64,000 nucleotides of DNA, from positions 96,001 through 160,000 of the forward strand of contig CAXXMV010000006.1 in NCBI GenBank assembly GCA_963662285.2, in the 5' to 3' direction. The position numbers and the translations under genes are program-made. This document shows positions 18,760-28,700 of the stretch, piece by piece. Under the pieces are notes generated by a model. The model did not search any database. It saw only the letters and a list, made by a program, of their open reading frames with translations, and was not told where the DNA came from. The DNA is from a bacterium. GTDB taxonomy: Bacteria; Hinthialibacterota; Hinthialibacteria; Hinthialibacterales; Hinthialibacteraceae. Positions within the stretch are counted from its first letter, which is position 1, and each line of letters begins with the position of its first letter.

Positions 18760-19570
18760 AAGAGTTATACACAACCTGATTTTGAGTAATTTATTTTTTG
18801 AGGATTATAAATTGATTATTACCTGTGGATAACTCTTGGAGGGTCATAATAACCTGTAGTTATATTATTATATTTTCCAGTTTTCTTCGCCAAAAACCGG
18901 CAAAGTGCGCTTATGGAATTCAATCAATGATAAAGCAATGTATATCAGAGAGTTATTTATTAACAATAAATTTTATCGATTCAATATACGATTGTATTCT
19001 TCAGAAAAATATAGACTTGAAATAAACCTCACCTGAAGTAAGCGTATAAGCGATTTATAAGTTTTGTTGATTCAGTCTTCTAATCTTTTTAATATCTGCA
19101 ATATCCAATTTTCTGTTTTAAAATAATAAAAAATATTTTTGCGCTATAAATCTTCCTTATCCAGATAGTTAGTGAGATATGACTGACAGGATATAAATAA
19201 AAATGTAAAAAGGGTATTGCATCAGTCGTTCTTGGGTGCAACAATAGAATCTCAATCATCCATAAGGTCTTGGATATCAATCTGTTAGTAACCTGTGTAT
19301 ATCTATGTTAGTTTAGCTGTGGATAAGCCTGTGGATGATTTGTGTGTTGTTTGTGTGTTGTTTGGAGGAAGGCGTATTCTTTTGGGAAAGATGGTTGCCA
19401 ACCCTTGGTTAAGATCGATTCCTGAATATGATTTGATTAAGCCCTGTTACAACCTAATGTTATTTTGTGGTGTTTTGTTTTTCTGAATAATTGGCGCAAA
19501 GTTCCGGAATTTTCGGATAATTGTTTGCTGCCAACAGAACTGATTTTGTTGGCTATGTGGATCATTTTGC
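18760..19570. other. oriC: Probable chromosomal replication origin (oriC) / dnaA promoter region
   Basis: Consensus DnaA boxes TTATACACA 18765-18773 and TGTGGATAA 18824-18832 and 19318-19326, several degenerate boxes, very AT-rich, immediately upstream of dnaA. Confidence 0.8.
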
Positions 19571-19657
19571 CGTAATTTATACCGTTAATACTGTGAAATG
19601 TGATAGATATGCCATTTGAGAGATGCTGATGATTTAAGACATAACTACGGAGGACAA

Positions 19658-21067
19658 GTGATGGCATCTATGCAAACGTCCCTTGAAAAGAATGATGTAC
19701 AAATTTTGTGGCGTAACGCAGAGAATGTGCTTCGAGACCGGATTCCCGGTAGCGAGTTGAATGGCTGGTTTGATGATGTACATATAAGAAATTACGACGA
19801 TGATTGCGTAGTTTTAGCTGTTCCAACCAACAGTCGTCGTGAACATATATTAAAAAATTTCCGCCCTGTATTGGCTGGTATTTTTTCTGATATCTTGAGA
19901 AGAGAAGTTGATGTTGACGTACAACTGAAAAATGATTTTACCATCGGGTCTCAACCAAAAGATTTTGCTACAGGAAATCAAGAAAAAAAAGCGCGAGATG
20001 TGCAGGATAATGATCCTGCTCCGGTTAATGGTTCGGTTCTGCGTTTTGAACCGATAAATTCACAGTATGTTTTTGATACATTTGTTATCGGTTCCAGCAA
20101 CAAAATGGCTCATGCGGCTGCTGAAGCGGTATCCCGTGAACCGGCGCAGTCATACAACCCCCTGTTTGTTTATGGCGGTGTAGGGCTGGGAAAAACGCAC
20201 TTAATGCAGTCAATCGGCAATGAGATATTAAAACTGCATCCCACTAAAAGGGTTGCGTATCTTTCTGCTGAGTTGTTTGTAAATATATTCATCGACGCTA
20301 TTAAGCGTAATGAACGGCTCTCTTTTCAGACAACTTTTCGTAACATAGATGTATTGTTGATAGATGACATCCATTTTCTGGCTGGCAAGGAAGGGACTCA
20401 GGAAGAATTCTTCCATACCTTCAATGCTCTGCATAACCGGCATAAACAGATCGTTATATCCAGCGACCGGCCTCCCAAGGATATTCCTACTATCGAAGAC
20501 CGGCTGCGGTCGCGTTTTGAGTGGGGATTGATAGTGGATGTCGCGCCGCCTGATTTTGAAATGCGTATGGCCATTTTGCGTCAGAAAAGCGAAAACCTGG
20601 CTTTGAATATCCCGGATGATGTTCTGGAATATATCGCTCATAAAATCCGGTTCTCCATCCGTGAACTGGAAGGCGCGTTGGCCAAAATCACGGCGCATAC
20701 CCGTTTCACCAATGATAGTCTGGACGTTGAGACCGCCGGGAAGTTACTGGGCGAGATTTATAGCCGGCCGGTTAAAGAGATATCCATCGAGAAGATTCAG
20801 CGTAAAGTGGCTGATTATTTCAACATTAAACCTTCTGATATTATCGGAAAAAGCCGCTCTCGTTCTATTGCGCGGCCCCGTCAGATCGCCATGTATTTAA
20901 GCCGTAAGTTAACCCGGCATTCGTTCCCCGAAATTGGCACTTTCTTTGGCAATAAGGATCACACAACAGTTCTTTTTGCTTTCAACAAGATCGAAAAGGG
21001 TATTGAAGAAGACAACAAACTTAGAGAAGTCATTAATCTGATTTCTGATTCATTCTCTAAATTTTAA
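19658..21067 (+). CDS. dnaA: Chromosomal replication initiator protein DnaA
   Basis: YNPLFVYGGVGLGKTHL, DVLLIDDIHFL, QEEFFHTFN, RLRSRFEWGL, RQIAMYL and KDHTTV motifs. GGAGG RBS before GTG 19658/ATG 19661 (the ORF track starts at 19616). Confidence 0.99.
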   Translation: MMASMQTSLEKNDVQILWRNAENVLRDRIPGSELNGWFDDVHIRNYDDDCVVLAVPTNSRREHILKNFRPVLAGIFSDILRREVDVDVQLKNDFTIGSQPKDFATGNQEKKARDVQDNDPAPVNGSVLRFEPINSQYVFDTFVIGSSNKMAHAAAEAVSREPAQSYNPLFVYGGVGLGKTHLMQSIGNEILKLHPTKRVAYLSAELFVNIFIDAIKRNERLSFQTTFRNIDVLLIDDIHFLAGKEGTQEEFFHTFNALHNRHKQIVISSDRPPKDIPTIEDRLRSRFEWGLIVDVAPPDFEMRMAILRQKSENLALNIPDDVLEYIAHKIRFSIRELEGALAKITAHTRFTNDSLDVETAGKLLGEIYSRPVKEISIEKIQRKVADYFNIKPSDIIGKSRSRSIARPRQIAMYLSRKLTRHSFPEIGTFFGNKDHTTVLFAFNKIEKGIEEDNKLREVINLISDSFSKF

Positions 21068-21184
21068 AGTGTTTACAAAAGCCGATGTAATAGTATTTTG
21101 AAGTTATGCATCCATTTTATAAAGCCGGTAAAGAGGTTTTGAAATTCACTTCAGGCGCTTTATACGGGGCTAACGTCCCAGGGT

Positions 21185-21220
21185 ACCGCACTTGCCGTTT
21201 TGTGAGTGCGGTTTTTTTTT
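21185..21220 (+). terminator. Rho-independent terminator downstream of dnaA
   Basis: ACCGCACTTGC...GTGAGTGCGGT stem followed by a long T-run. Confidence 0.88.
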
Positions 21221-21306
21221 CTCCTGAACTGGTTGACAGATAGCCTCGATTTATGACAATACATTCATCAATTTTGGCTTTATGTTCTCAAAAAGGAACT
21301 CTTTTT

Positions 21307-22548
21307 ATGATCAAATATAGTCCTGATTCTTTATTGAATCTTCTGCAAGTACTTTATCCTGAATGGATTGATAAAATAAATCCAACGGATGATGCATCCA
21401 TGTTTTCTAAAGACCGGATTCAATCTTATCTGGAAATGAACCGGGAAGACTTACCCGAAGAACCGTCTACTAATGATGAATTATTGCAGATCATGGCTTT
21501 GCTGCCCAACCGGGAGATTCCATGTCAACCGGACAATCCCGTAGCAGTTATACTGGCCGGAGGACGGGGAACCCGCATGGGAGAAGAGATCAAGCAGAAA
21601 TCCCTGTGCCCCATCCTTGGTAAACCGGCGTTGCTGCGCTCGATTGAGATGTACCGTGAGTTTGGCGTAGAGCATTTTATCATAATTGTCGGCGCTGGTT
21701 ATAAGGATGTGATCTCCTGCCTGGGCGCCGATGCTCCCAATATAACCTATTTGTTGCAAGAAGAGCAATTAGGTACCGGACATGCAGCGCGATTGGCGGC
21801 GCGGTATCTGCATCAGGCTGGATACCTGGGCAGCGTGCTGGTTACGATGGGCGATAAGTATATTACTCACCATGGTTTAAGAGAACTGATTCGCGAAAAT
21901 CCGGATATTTCAGTAGAACAGCCCGATCTGACTCTGGTGACCGCTTCCAAACAGGCTTGGCCCGATTCAGGACGGGTGGTGGTGGACGACAGGAACCACG
22001 TCTGTGCGGTAATCGAAAGACCTGACCTGGTGCAAAGGCAGTTGATTACTGATTTTTATCAGTGGCCTCAAAATCCAGTATCTTGCAAGTCATTTAAGCG
22101 TCATGCCATCGATATGTGGGATCGTCCCAACAAACTGCGCAAAATCCTGGGCGCTTCCTTTTGGGATGGCTTGGATCAGCATGATAGTATTTTGAAGGAA
22201 AAGGCCTGTTTTCCGCTTGATAAAGATCAACTTGAGTTTCAAATCTCTGATTCAATAAGGCTTACGGCGTCCACTATAGAAGATCAATGCCATCAGGTTA
22301 ATATTTCGGTCTATATCTTCGGGGCGCAGGCTTTGTATGATTCGACTGGCCGTTTGACATCAAATAACGCTCAAGGCGAACTTTATCTGACCGATGCGGT
22401 CTTTGATCTGACCAGCCATCATCATTCGGATGATTATCATATTAAGGCGATTATGATGCCGGGAGATTATGACGTCATGGGATTCAACACGCTTGAAGAA
22501 CTGGCTCAAATCGAACGCCGCTTATTGGTCGCTGCTCAAATTACTTAA
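21307..22548 (+). CDS. Sugar-phosphate nucleotidyltransferase (GlmU N-terminal-like, no acetyltransferase domain)
   Basis: VILAGGRGTRM, QEEQLGTGHA and NNAQGELYLTD motifs. ATG 21307 has an AAGGA RBS (the ORF track starts at 21253). Confidence 0.85.
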   Translation: MIKYSPDSLLNLLQVLYPEWIDKINPTDDASMFSKDRIQSYLEMNREDLPEEPSTNDELLQIMALLPNREIPCQPDNPVAVILAGGRGTRMGEEIKQKSLCPILGKPALLRSIEMYREFGVEHFIIIVGAGYKDVISCLGADAPNITYLLQEEQLGTGHAARLAARYLHQAGYLGSVLVTMGDKYITHHGLRELIRENPDISVEQPDLTLVTASKQAWPDSGRVVVDDRNHVCAVIERPDLVQRQLITDFYQWPQNPVSCKSFKRHAIDMWDRPNKLRKILGASFWDGLDQHDSILKEKACFPLDKDQLEFQISDSIRLTASTIEDQCHQVNISVYIFGAQALYDSTGRLTSNNAQGELYLTDAVFDLTSHHHSDDYHIKAIMMPGDYDVMGFNTLEELAQIERRLLVAAQIT

Positions 22549-22676
22549 AAAAAATATTTACAAAAAAAAGAATAATTTGCAATAAAACCATTATAATATC
22601 CTCATTATATTCTTTTATGGAAGCCCACAAAAAATCTCGAATGGATTAAGCCATTCAGAAACAGGGGTATGACATA

Positions 22677-23009
22677 ATGTTGGATATTCACAAAAGGGAA
22701 GTTGGAACAGTATCTGTATTGTCATTGGATGGAGAACTTGATTTGGAAGGCGCCCAGAACCTGAAAATCTGTCTCTCCTGTTTGTTTCAAGAAGCGACCA
22801 AGAAAGTTATTATTGACTGGACGGATGTTGACCGGATCAATTTCGCTTCACTGCAAATGGTAACACGTCCTATGAAGGATTTGGTTACTAACCGTCCCAT
22901 GGCTTTTTGCGGAATGTCAGACGCCGTCAAAAAATCCCTCAAAACGGTTCCTTTTTATGACAAGATAAAAGAATTCGATTCAGAAGACCGGGCGCTTACG
23001 CGTTTGTGA
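22677..23009 (+). CDS. STAS-domain anti-sigma factor antagonist-like protein
   Basis: VLSLDGELD...VIIDWTDVDRINFASL, 110 aa. Confidence 0.85.
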   Translation: MLDIHKREVGTVSVLSLDGELDLEGAQNLKICLSCLFQEATKKVIIDWTDVDRINFASLQMVTRPMKDLVTNRPMAFCGMSDAVKKSLKTVPFYDKIKEFDSEDRALTRL

Positions 23010-23125
23010 TAATCAGCGTTATGCAAGTTAATTTTGATGGAGTGGTAAGGCTTAATAATCTGCTTTACCATTAAGATGCGTTGCGTCCATTCTTCCCGCA
23101 AGGCGCTTTCGGTATGATGTCATGA

Positions 23126-25357
23126 TTGATATCTAGCATCATACCGGAGGAGAATGAATTGATTCTGCTTTATTCCGCTACATTACTATTAAGCGCCGGA
23201 TTACTCTTTTCGATTCAGCCCATGTTTTCCAAGATGGTATTACCTCTTTTCGGGGGGACTCCCGGAGTATGGAATACCTGCATGTTTTTTTATCAGACGG
23301 CGCTGCTGGCGGGATATGCGCTGACTCATTTCTCTATCCAAAAACTGGGCGTGAAACGGCAGGTGGTGTTGCAGGTCGTCCTGGTTGCCACCGGGTTTTT
23401 ATGTCTCCCCATCGCGGTTTCTCTACAAGGGATGCAACTGACCGGGCAACCCGATATAGGGCTGTTGATAATATTAATCCTCTCTATTGGTTGGCCTTTC
23501 CTTATTATTTCGATGACGGCGCCCATGCTGCAACGCTGGTTCGCCCATAGCGCTCACACCGATGCCCATGATCCATATTTTCTCTACTCGGCCAGTAATG
23601 CGGGCAGTTTGATTGCGCTGCTCTGTTATCCAATTTTGATTGAGCCGTTATTGCCATTATCCATGCAAAGCCAGATATGGAGTGTGGGCTATGGATTGTT
23701 GACCGTTATGATATTGTGCTGCGCGGTTATGGTCTGGCGCAGCCCCGGTGGCTCTGATGCGGTTCATGATGAGCCGCAATCTGAATCAGAGCAACGCAGT
23801 CCGGATTTCATTGACCGGATATATTGGTTTCTGCTGGCTATGGTTCCCTCTAGTCTGCTGCTGGGTACCACTACCTACCTGACCACTGACGTAGCCGCTA
23901 TACCGCTGTTATGGGTAACGCCTTTGGCTATATATATGGCCACATTCGTGATCGTCTTTGCGCGCCGCCCCTGGTTGAGCCGTGAAACCATGCTTAGGAT
24001 TCAACCATTTATTCTGATTCCTCCCATTATGTTGATCCTATGGGGCAAGAAGGTTCCCATTTTTGTTAACTTTCCTATCCATTTAACTGCGCTGTTCATT
24101 CATGCCATGGTCTGTCACGGGCAGTTGGCCAGGAAACGTCCCCATGCGCGTCACCTGACCGGGTTTTATCTGTGGATCGCGGCGGGCGGCATGGCGGGTG
24201 GATTGTTCAACGCTCTGATCGCTCCCTATGTTTTCAAAACTACTCTGGAATATCCCCTGGCTATCATGGCCGTCGCTTTACTGCGCCCCGGCTTTATCAG
24301 CGGGACGCCCAGAACGCGGCGTTACGCCTATGGTTTGATTTTAGGATTATTCATTTTACTGAGTGGGCCGTTAGCTGGCGACCGTGAGGTTATTTATCAT
24401 TTCGGCATGATCGGCATATTGATCGCGTCATCGGTATTCGCTGGATATTTCTATACCTTGGTCAACCGTCCCATCGTGCTGGGCATTCTGTTCAGTATCG
24501 CAGTATTCGCTGGACTACAATTCAATGACTCGCAACAGAAAGTACTGCACCGCGACCGGAGTTTCTTCGGGCCGCTGCATGTGCGTTACGATCCAACCGA
24601 CCAATACGCATTGTTCTACCATGGCACAACCCTGCATGGGGCGCAGGGGCGCTTTGGCGGGGAACACAACAGGCCGTTGACCTATTTCACCGTCTCTGGT
24701 CCATTGGGGCAATTGCTCTATACGCTGTATGAACACCCTAAACCGAGGAATATCGCCATAACCGGATTAGGGGTGGGCAGCATCGCATGGTATGGCAAAT
24801 CCGGCGACCTAATTGATTATTATGAGATCGATCCACTGGTCGAGCAGACGGCCCGTGATGAGCGTTTCTTCTCGTTTCTCAAAGACTGTCCGGCGCAGGT
24901 CAGAACCATCATCGGAGACGCGCGTTTGACTTTAGCCCAGGCGCCGGATCACTCTTATGATTTGATAATTATGGACGCCTTCAGTTCGGGATCGATCCCG
25001 GTGCATCTGCTGACCCGCGAGGCGTTCGATATGGCGCTAAGTAAAATGAAAGATGATGGCTTATTGATATACCAGATCACCAACCGCTTCATCAACCTGG
25101 AGCCGGTGCTAGGCGCCTTGGCTGAAGAGAATGGATTAACCGCCATAATCCAACGCCATGAAAAAGTTACTGAAGCGGAGAAGAAAGCCATGAAAATGCC
25201 GTCGGTCTGGGTAGTGATAGGCCAGCCCGGCAAAACCATGGATATTCTCAAAGGCGCTCACGGGTGGCAAACGCTCGAAGCAACTCCCGGTTTCAATGCA
25301 TGGACCGATGATTATTCCAACCTGCTCAGCGTAATAAGAAGGCCCCGTTGGGATTAA
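23126..25357 (+). CDS. Membrane protein fused to a spermidine-synthase-like SAM-dependent domain
   Basis: Multi-TM N-terminus (LPLFGGTPGVW, PYFLYSASNAGS); C-terminal GLGVGS, YEIDP, GDARL, DAFSS and WTDDYSN motifs. Confidence 0.9.
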   Translation: MISSIIPEENELILLYSATLLLSAGLLFSIQPMFSKMVLPLFGGTPGVWNTCMFFYQTALLAGYALTHFSIQKLGVKRQVVLQVVLVATGFLCLPIAVSLQGMQLTGQPDIGLLIILILSIGWPFLIISMTAPMLQRWFAHSAHTDAHDPYFLYSASNAGSLIALLCYPILIEPLLPLSMQSQIWSVGYGLLTVMILCCAVMVWRSPGGSDAVHDEPQSESEQRSPDFIDRIYWFLLAMVPSSLLLGTTTYLTTDVAAIPLLWVTPLAIYMATFVIVFARRPWLSRETMLRIQPFILIPPIMLILWGKKVPIFVNFPIHLTALFIHAMVCHGQLARKRPHARHLTGFYLWIAAGGMAGGLFNALIAPYVFKTTLEYPLAIMAVALLRPGFISGTPRTRRYAYGLILGLFILLSGPLAGDREVIYHFGMIGILIASSVFAGYFYTLVNRPIVLGILFSIAVFAGLQFNDSQQKVLHRDRSFFGPLHVRYDPTDQYALFYHGTTLHGAQGRFGGEHNRPLTYFTVSGPLGQLLYTLYEHPKPRNIAITGLGVGSIAWYGKSGDLIDYYEIDPLVEQTARDERFFSFLKDCPAQVRTIIGDARLTLAQAPDHSYDLIIMDAFSSGSIPVHLLTREAFDMALSKMKDDGLLIYQITNRFINLEPVLGALAEENGLTAIIQRHEKVTEAEKKAMKMPSVWVVIGQPGKTMDILKGAHGWQTLEATPGFNAWTDDYSNLLSVIRRPRWD

Positions 25358-25414
25358 GGATTATTACTTTTTATACTCCCACGACGCGGTTATAGCGCCC
25401 TCACAATAACATTC

Positions 25415-28402
25415 TTATCGCATTTGCGTCATCAAATAATTGAATGGAATTTCAGGATTTTTGGCGCCAGTTAGAGATAATACTCTATCGCTTTCGCCCA
25501 TCTCAGAAATGTGAAGCAAATTAAATAACCATACCGGCTTGGTTTGCTTATTGTCAGTCTTTAGCATTTCCCAAGGTATGGAGATTTCCAGGGATTTCGC
25601 GCCAGAGTTAGGATCATCATTCAAATTATAAGCGGCTTGAATCGATAGGGCTTCATCATTGGGCGAATTAGGGTGATTATTTTTATGCGCAATTTTTTCC
25701 ATGAAATCTTTAGGCAGAATTTCCTTGAGCCATTCAGGCATTTCCTCAGATAACAGGTCATCAGGAGAGAAAGTATTCTTCGATTCACCCTTAAATGTTA
25801 ATCCAAGAGCATCAATCACCCGCGTTTGAAGGTTAATTTGCGGTTTTAGAGAATCTTCCTGCTGCTTTAGATCGACCGAGATTTGCATAACATTGCTGTA
25901 ATCGCGTCCAGGGCAAAGCATAACTTTAATCTGATCGTCCTCGTGGATATCTCCATCAACATAAAGATAAAGATTCGTAGAATCGCGCAGCATACGAAGA
26001 CTTACCTCTGAATCCGATTCACCCATTTTAAGCGGCAATGCCTGAGATTTCCGCCATCCATCTTCTTCCATGAGGCCATCAACCGTAACGGGCGTTTCAA
26101 CCGCCGCAACATTGATTACGCTTTCCAGCGTTCCACTCGAAGTTAAAGCCGATTCAGCGTTGGCGGCCATCGGTAACCAGCCATCGCCAGCATTAATGCC
26201 GGCGGCTTTGTTGAAAAGAGCAGCGGCGATAGACGCATTTCCCGCATCGCGTTTCGCCAAAGCAATGCCGAATAATGCTGCGCCTTTATCGATGCGTTGC
26301 GTCTTGGCAGCCCATTGATTTACCCGCTCAATAATCCGCTCAATGTTATCATCATCAATAATGATTTCGCGGTTTACCAGGGATGCGGTTTTGGGCATTT
26401 TTTCCATCACGCTATCATAAACTTTCAGCGCGGCGTCCTTGTCGCCCATTGTTTTATATAAATTACCCAATTTCGACAAGTAGCGGTCATCTTCCGGGAA
26501 GAACTCAACCAATCGTGAATACAAACGGGCGGCGCGTTCGTTATCATCCGATTTACTGCACCAGTCAGCCCAAAAAGCGACCAGGTCTTTAGCGCCCAGC
26601 GATATTTTCCGCTGCGACATAAAATCAACCGGCGGAACGATGCGAAGGTCGTTGATTAATTGCACTTCGTTAGAAACGATTTTATCCGGTTGGATTACCG
26701 AATGCTTCACTGTACCTTTAAGCACCTGCCAACAACTCATCAGATAGGCGGCGCGGTCTAAAACAAAAGATGGCAATGTGCGAAGTTCATCAGGCAAACC
26801 AAAAGCGAGGTCAGGAATAGAACCCATCTTGCGCATCGCCTCTCGATAAGCGTAGAATTCAGATTCGTTATCCTGGAAAGACATCTTATTTGCAGGCATC
26901 ACAGCAACATCATTCAAAAAACGGTATTGCCGGTTTCTTCCAATGCCGCTGCGTACGCCCGCTTGAATATCGAGCATTTCACGGATCATGTTGGGCCGGG
27001 TTGCCAGAATCATTACTTTGTCATGGATGCACCAGCTGGGCGCAAAAGGAATCAAAGGTATAGGTATTGTCAACGAAGAGATTTCCTTTCCCAGATAGGT
27101 CTCGGTTTCAATAGAAAGGGATATCTGGAATGTCTTGGTAATGAGAGAGGCCAGTTTTTCTATACCGCGAAGAGCTGCGTCGTGGTCTGTAATTTCCAGC
27201 ATGGAGGCGCCCTGGTTGGTGGCAATAATCGTTTCCAGATCCATAGCCGGTCTCATGGTGCACCATGAATCTCCCATCCAGCTAAGAATATCCTTCTCAA
27301 TCGAGAATTCATTCTCCTCTTCCCATTGGCTGATTCCAGTTAAAAATTCCTGAACCGGTTTCACATCTTTAAGCAAACTGTGGCCTAAAGCCCAGATATC
27401 TTTCGGGCCGAAAATGTTTCCGCTGGAAACTGTACCGACTTTACGGGGTAGATATTTTTCGAAGATAAATGGAACCGGCTTGCGGTTAATCATTTGCTGT
27501 AGGACTTCATTCTCAAACGAAAGATTAAACCTGGTATGAGATACAGTATTTAAACGATCCTTATCATCGATCCATTGGGCGGATGAGTAAGACTTAAAGG
27601 AATGCATAAAAGCCAGAACGCTTTCTATGATGGGCATCGCCTCATCAATATCATTGAAAGCATCGAAATGCTGCATGGATTTAAGGTTCTTGGCTAAGTA
27701 TTCCCCGGTCTGGCCGATCTTGGCGTAATTGGCGAAGAAAGTATAAGAACGTTTTTCGGGCAGTTCGGACATAGCCTCCTTATAAACATCCAAATCAGCC
27801 AGAAAGCCTTCTTCATCTTCCAGGCGGTCTATGGCATCCAGTAAGAGATGCTTGCTGTTGGCGATCATCAAGGTAGAATCTTTTATGGCAAAGGCCAAAT
27901 CAAGTCCAGGCAGAGTTAAAGGTCCATAGAGTGAATAAATCAAATACCCATAATATTCATCCTTAACGCTGTGAACCGGAGTAATCAGTTGGTCGATTTC
28001 TTGCAGAAATGAGCCTAATACCTGTTCAGCTTTTTCGGGATCGCTCACTTCAGTGATGTATAATCCCCTTCCAGGGATGGGGATGCCTTCTAACAGAGGG
28101 AATAGAGCGAAAGACCATTTGTCGCCCGAAAAAATTTCGCTATTCTCTTTGAAACCGCTTTTCTCAATTATCGTCTGGAATTCTTCCTTCAGCACCCGCC
28201 ATTCAAGGATGTCATCCATTAAGGAAAACCAATTGTCAAAAGCCTTATCATAATTGGGCAATGGGACTTGAAAAGATTTGTCGCATCCCCAATAAAACAT
28301 GGCATTGGAGGGCGTCATCCGGTCAAAGGGACTACCGAAAGCAGTCGAAGTTAAAAGCGCTCCATAACATACAAATGCAATAAGACGAATGCGCCATCGC
28401 AT
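25415..28402 (-). CDS. Large secreted protein (DUF3352-like region, TPR repeats, C-terminal CBM9/DOMON-like domain)
   Basis: Signal peptide after a GGAG RBS (ATG 28402), TPRs (LGNLYKTMGDKDAALKVY), and VTVDGLMEEDGW...DSTNLYLYV...LEISIPW. The DUF3352 call is from resemblance only. Confidence 0.7.
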   Translation of the reverse strand: MRWRIRLIAFVCYGALLTSTAFGSPFDRMTPSNAMFYWGCDKSFQVPLPNYDKAFDNWFSLMDDILEWRVLKEEFQTIIEKSGFKENSEIFSGDKWSFALFPLLEGIPIPGRGLYITEVSDPEKAEQVLGSFLQEIDQLITPVHSVKDEYYGYLIYSLYGPLTLPGLDLAFAIKDSTLMIANSKHLLLDAIDRLEDEEGFLADLDVYKEAMSELPEKRSYTFFANYAKIGQTGEYLAKNLKSMQHFDAFNDIDEAMPIIESVLAFMHSFKSYSSAQWIDDKDRLNTVSHTRFNLSFENEVLQQMINRKPVPFIFEKYLPRKVGTVSSGNIFGPKDIWALGHSLLKDVKPVQEFLTGISQWEEENEFSIEKDILSWMGDSWCTMRPAMDLETIIATNQGASMLEITDHDAALRGIEKLASLITKTFQISLSIETETYLGKEISSLTIPIPLIPFAPSWCIHDKVMILATRPNMIREMLDIQAGVRSGIGRNRQYRFLNDVAVMPANKMSFQDNESEFYAYREAMRKMGSIPDLAFGLPDELRTLPSFVLDRAAYLMSCWQVLKGTVKHSVIQPDKIVSNEVQLINDLRIVPPVDFMSQRKISLGAKDLVAFWADWCSKSDDNERAARLYSRLVEFFPEDDRYLSKLGNLYKTMGDKDAALKVYDSVMEKMPKTASLVNREIIIDDDNIERIIERVNQWAAKTQRIDKGAALFGIALAKRDAGNASIAAALFNKAAGINAGDGWLPMAANAESALTSSGTLESVINVAAVETPVTVDGLMEEDGWRKSQALPLKMGESDSEVSLRMLRDSTNLYLYVDGDIHEDDQIKVMLCPGRDYSNVMQISVDLKQQEDSLKPQINLQTRVIDALGLTFKGESKNTFSPDDLLSEEMPEWLKEILPKDFMEKIAHKNNHPNSPNDEALSIQAAYNLNDDPNSGAKSLEISIPWEMLKTDNKQTKPVWLFNLLHISEMGESDRVLSLTGAKNPEIPFNYLMTQMR

Positions 28403-28623
28403 AATATAACTCCTAGGTTTGTTGACTAAGTTTTGCCTTTTCATTGCCGTAAGACCTCAGGCTTTCAAACAGCTAATCACAGATGCCCAAAGTATTTGCG
28501 CATCAAAATCTTATGATTTGATAAAAATCCTAATTATCTATACTCACTACTACTGATAAAACGCACTTTATTTTGACAATTACTCTAGTACTCTGACCAA
28601 CTAATTATGTCGGGCGACCTCGT

Positions 28624-28659
28624 CCCCTCTCCCCACGGGAGAGGGTTAGGGTGAGGGGA
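28624..28659. repeat. CCCTCTCCC-type palindromic REP
   Basis: CCCCTCTCCCCACGGGAGAGGGTTAGGGTGAGGGG. Related partial copies near 13729, 35902 and 40551. Confidence 0.75.
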
Positions 28660-28700
28660 AATTACAGAAAACCACCTGACAAAATAAACTGGTCGTACTA

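Noticed and set aside
17954-19667. Short ORFs in the origin gap
   Set aside because: Low-complexity AT-rich translations overlapping DnaA boxes, with no RBS or recognisable motifs.
23126-25357. speE (spermidine synthase) assignment
   Set aside because: This is the membrane-fused spermidine-synthase-like family; the activity cannot be inferred from sequence.
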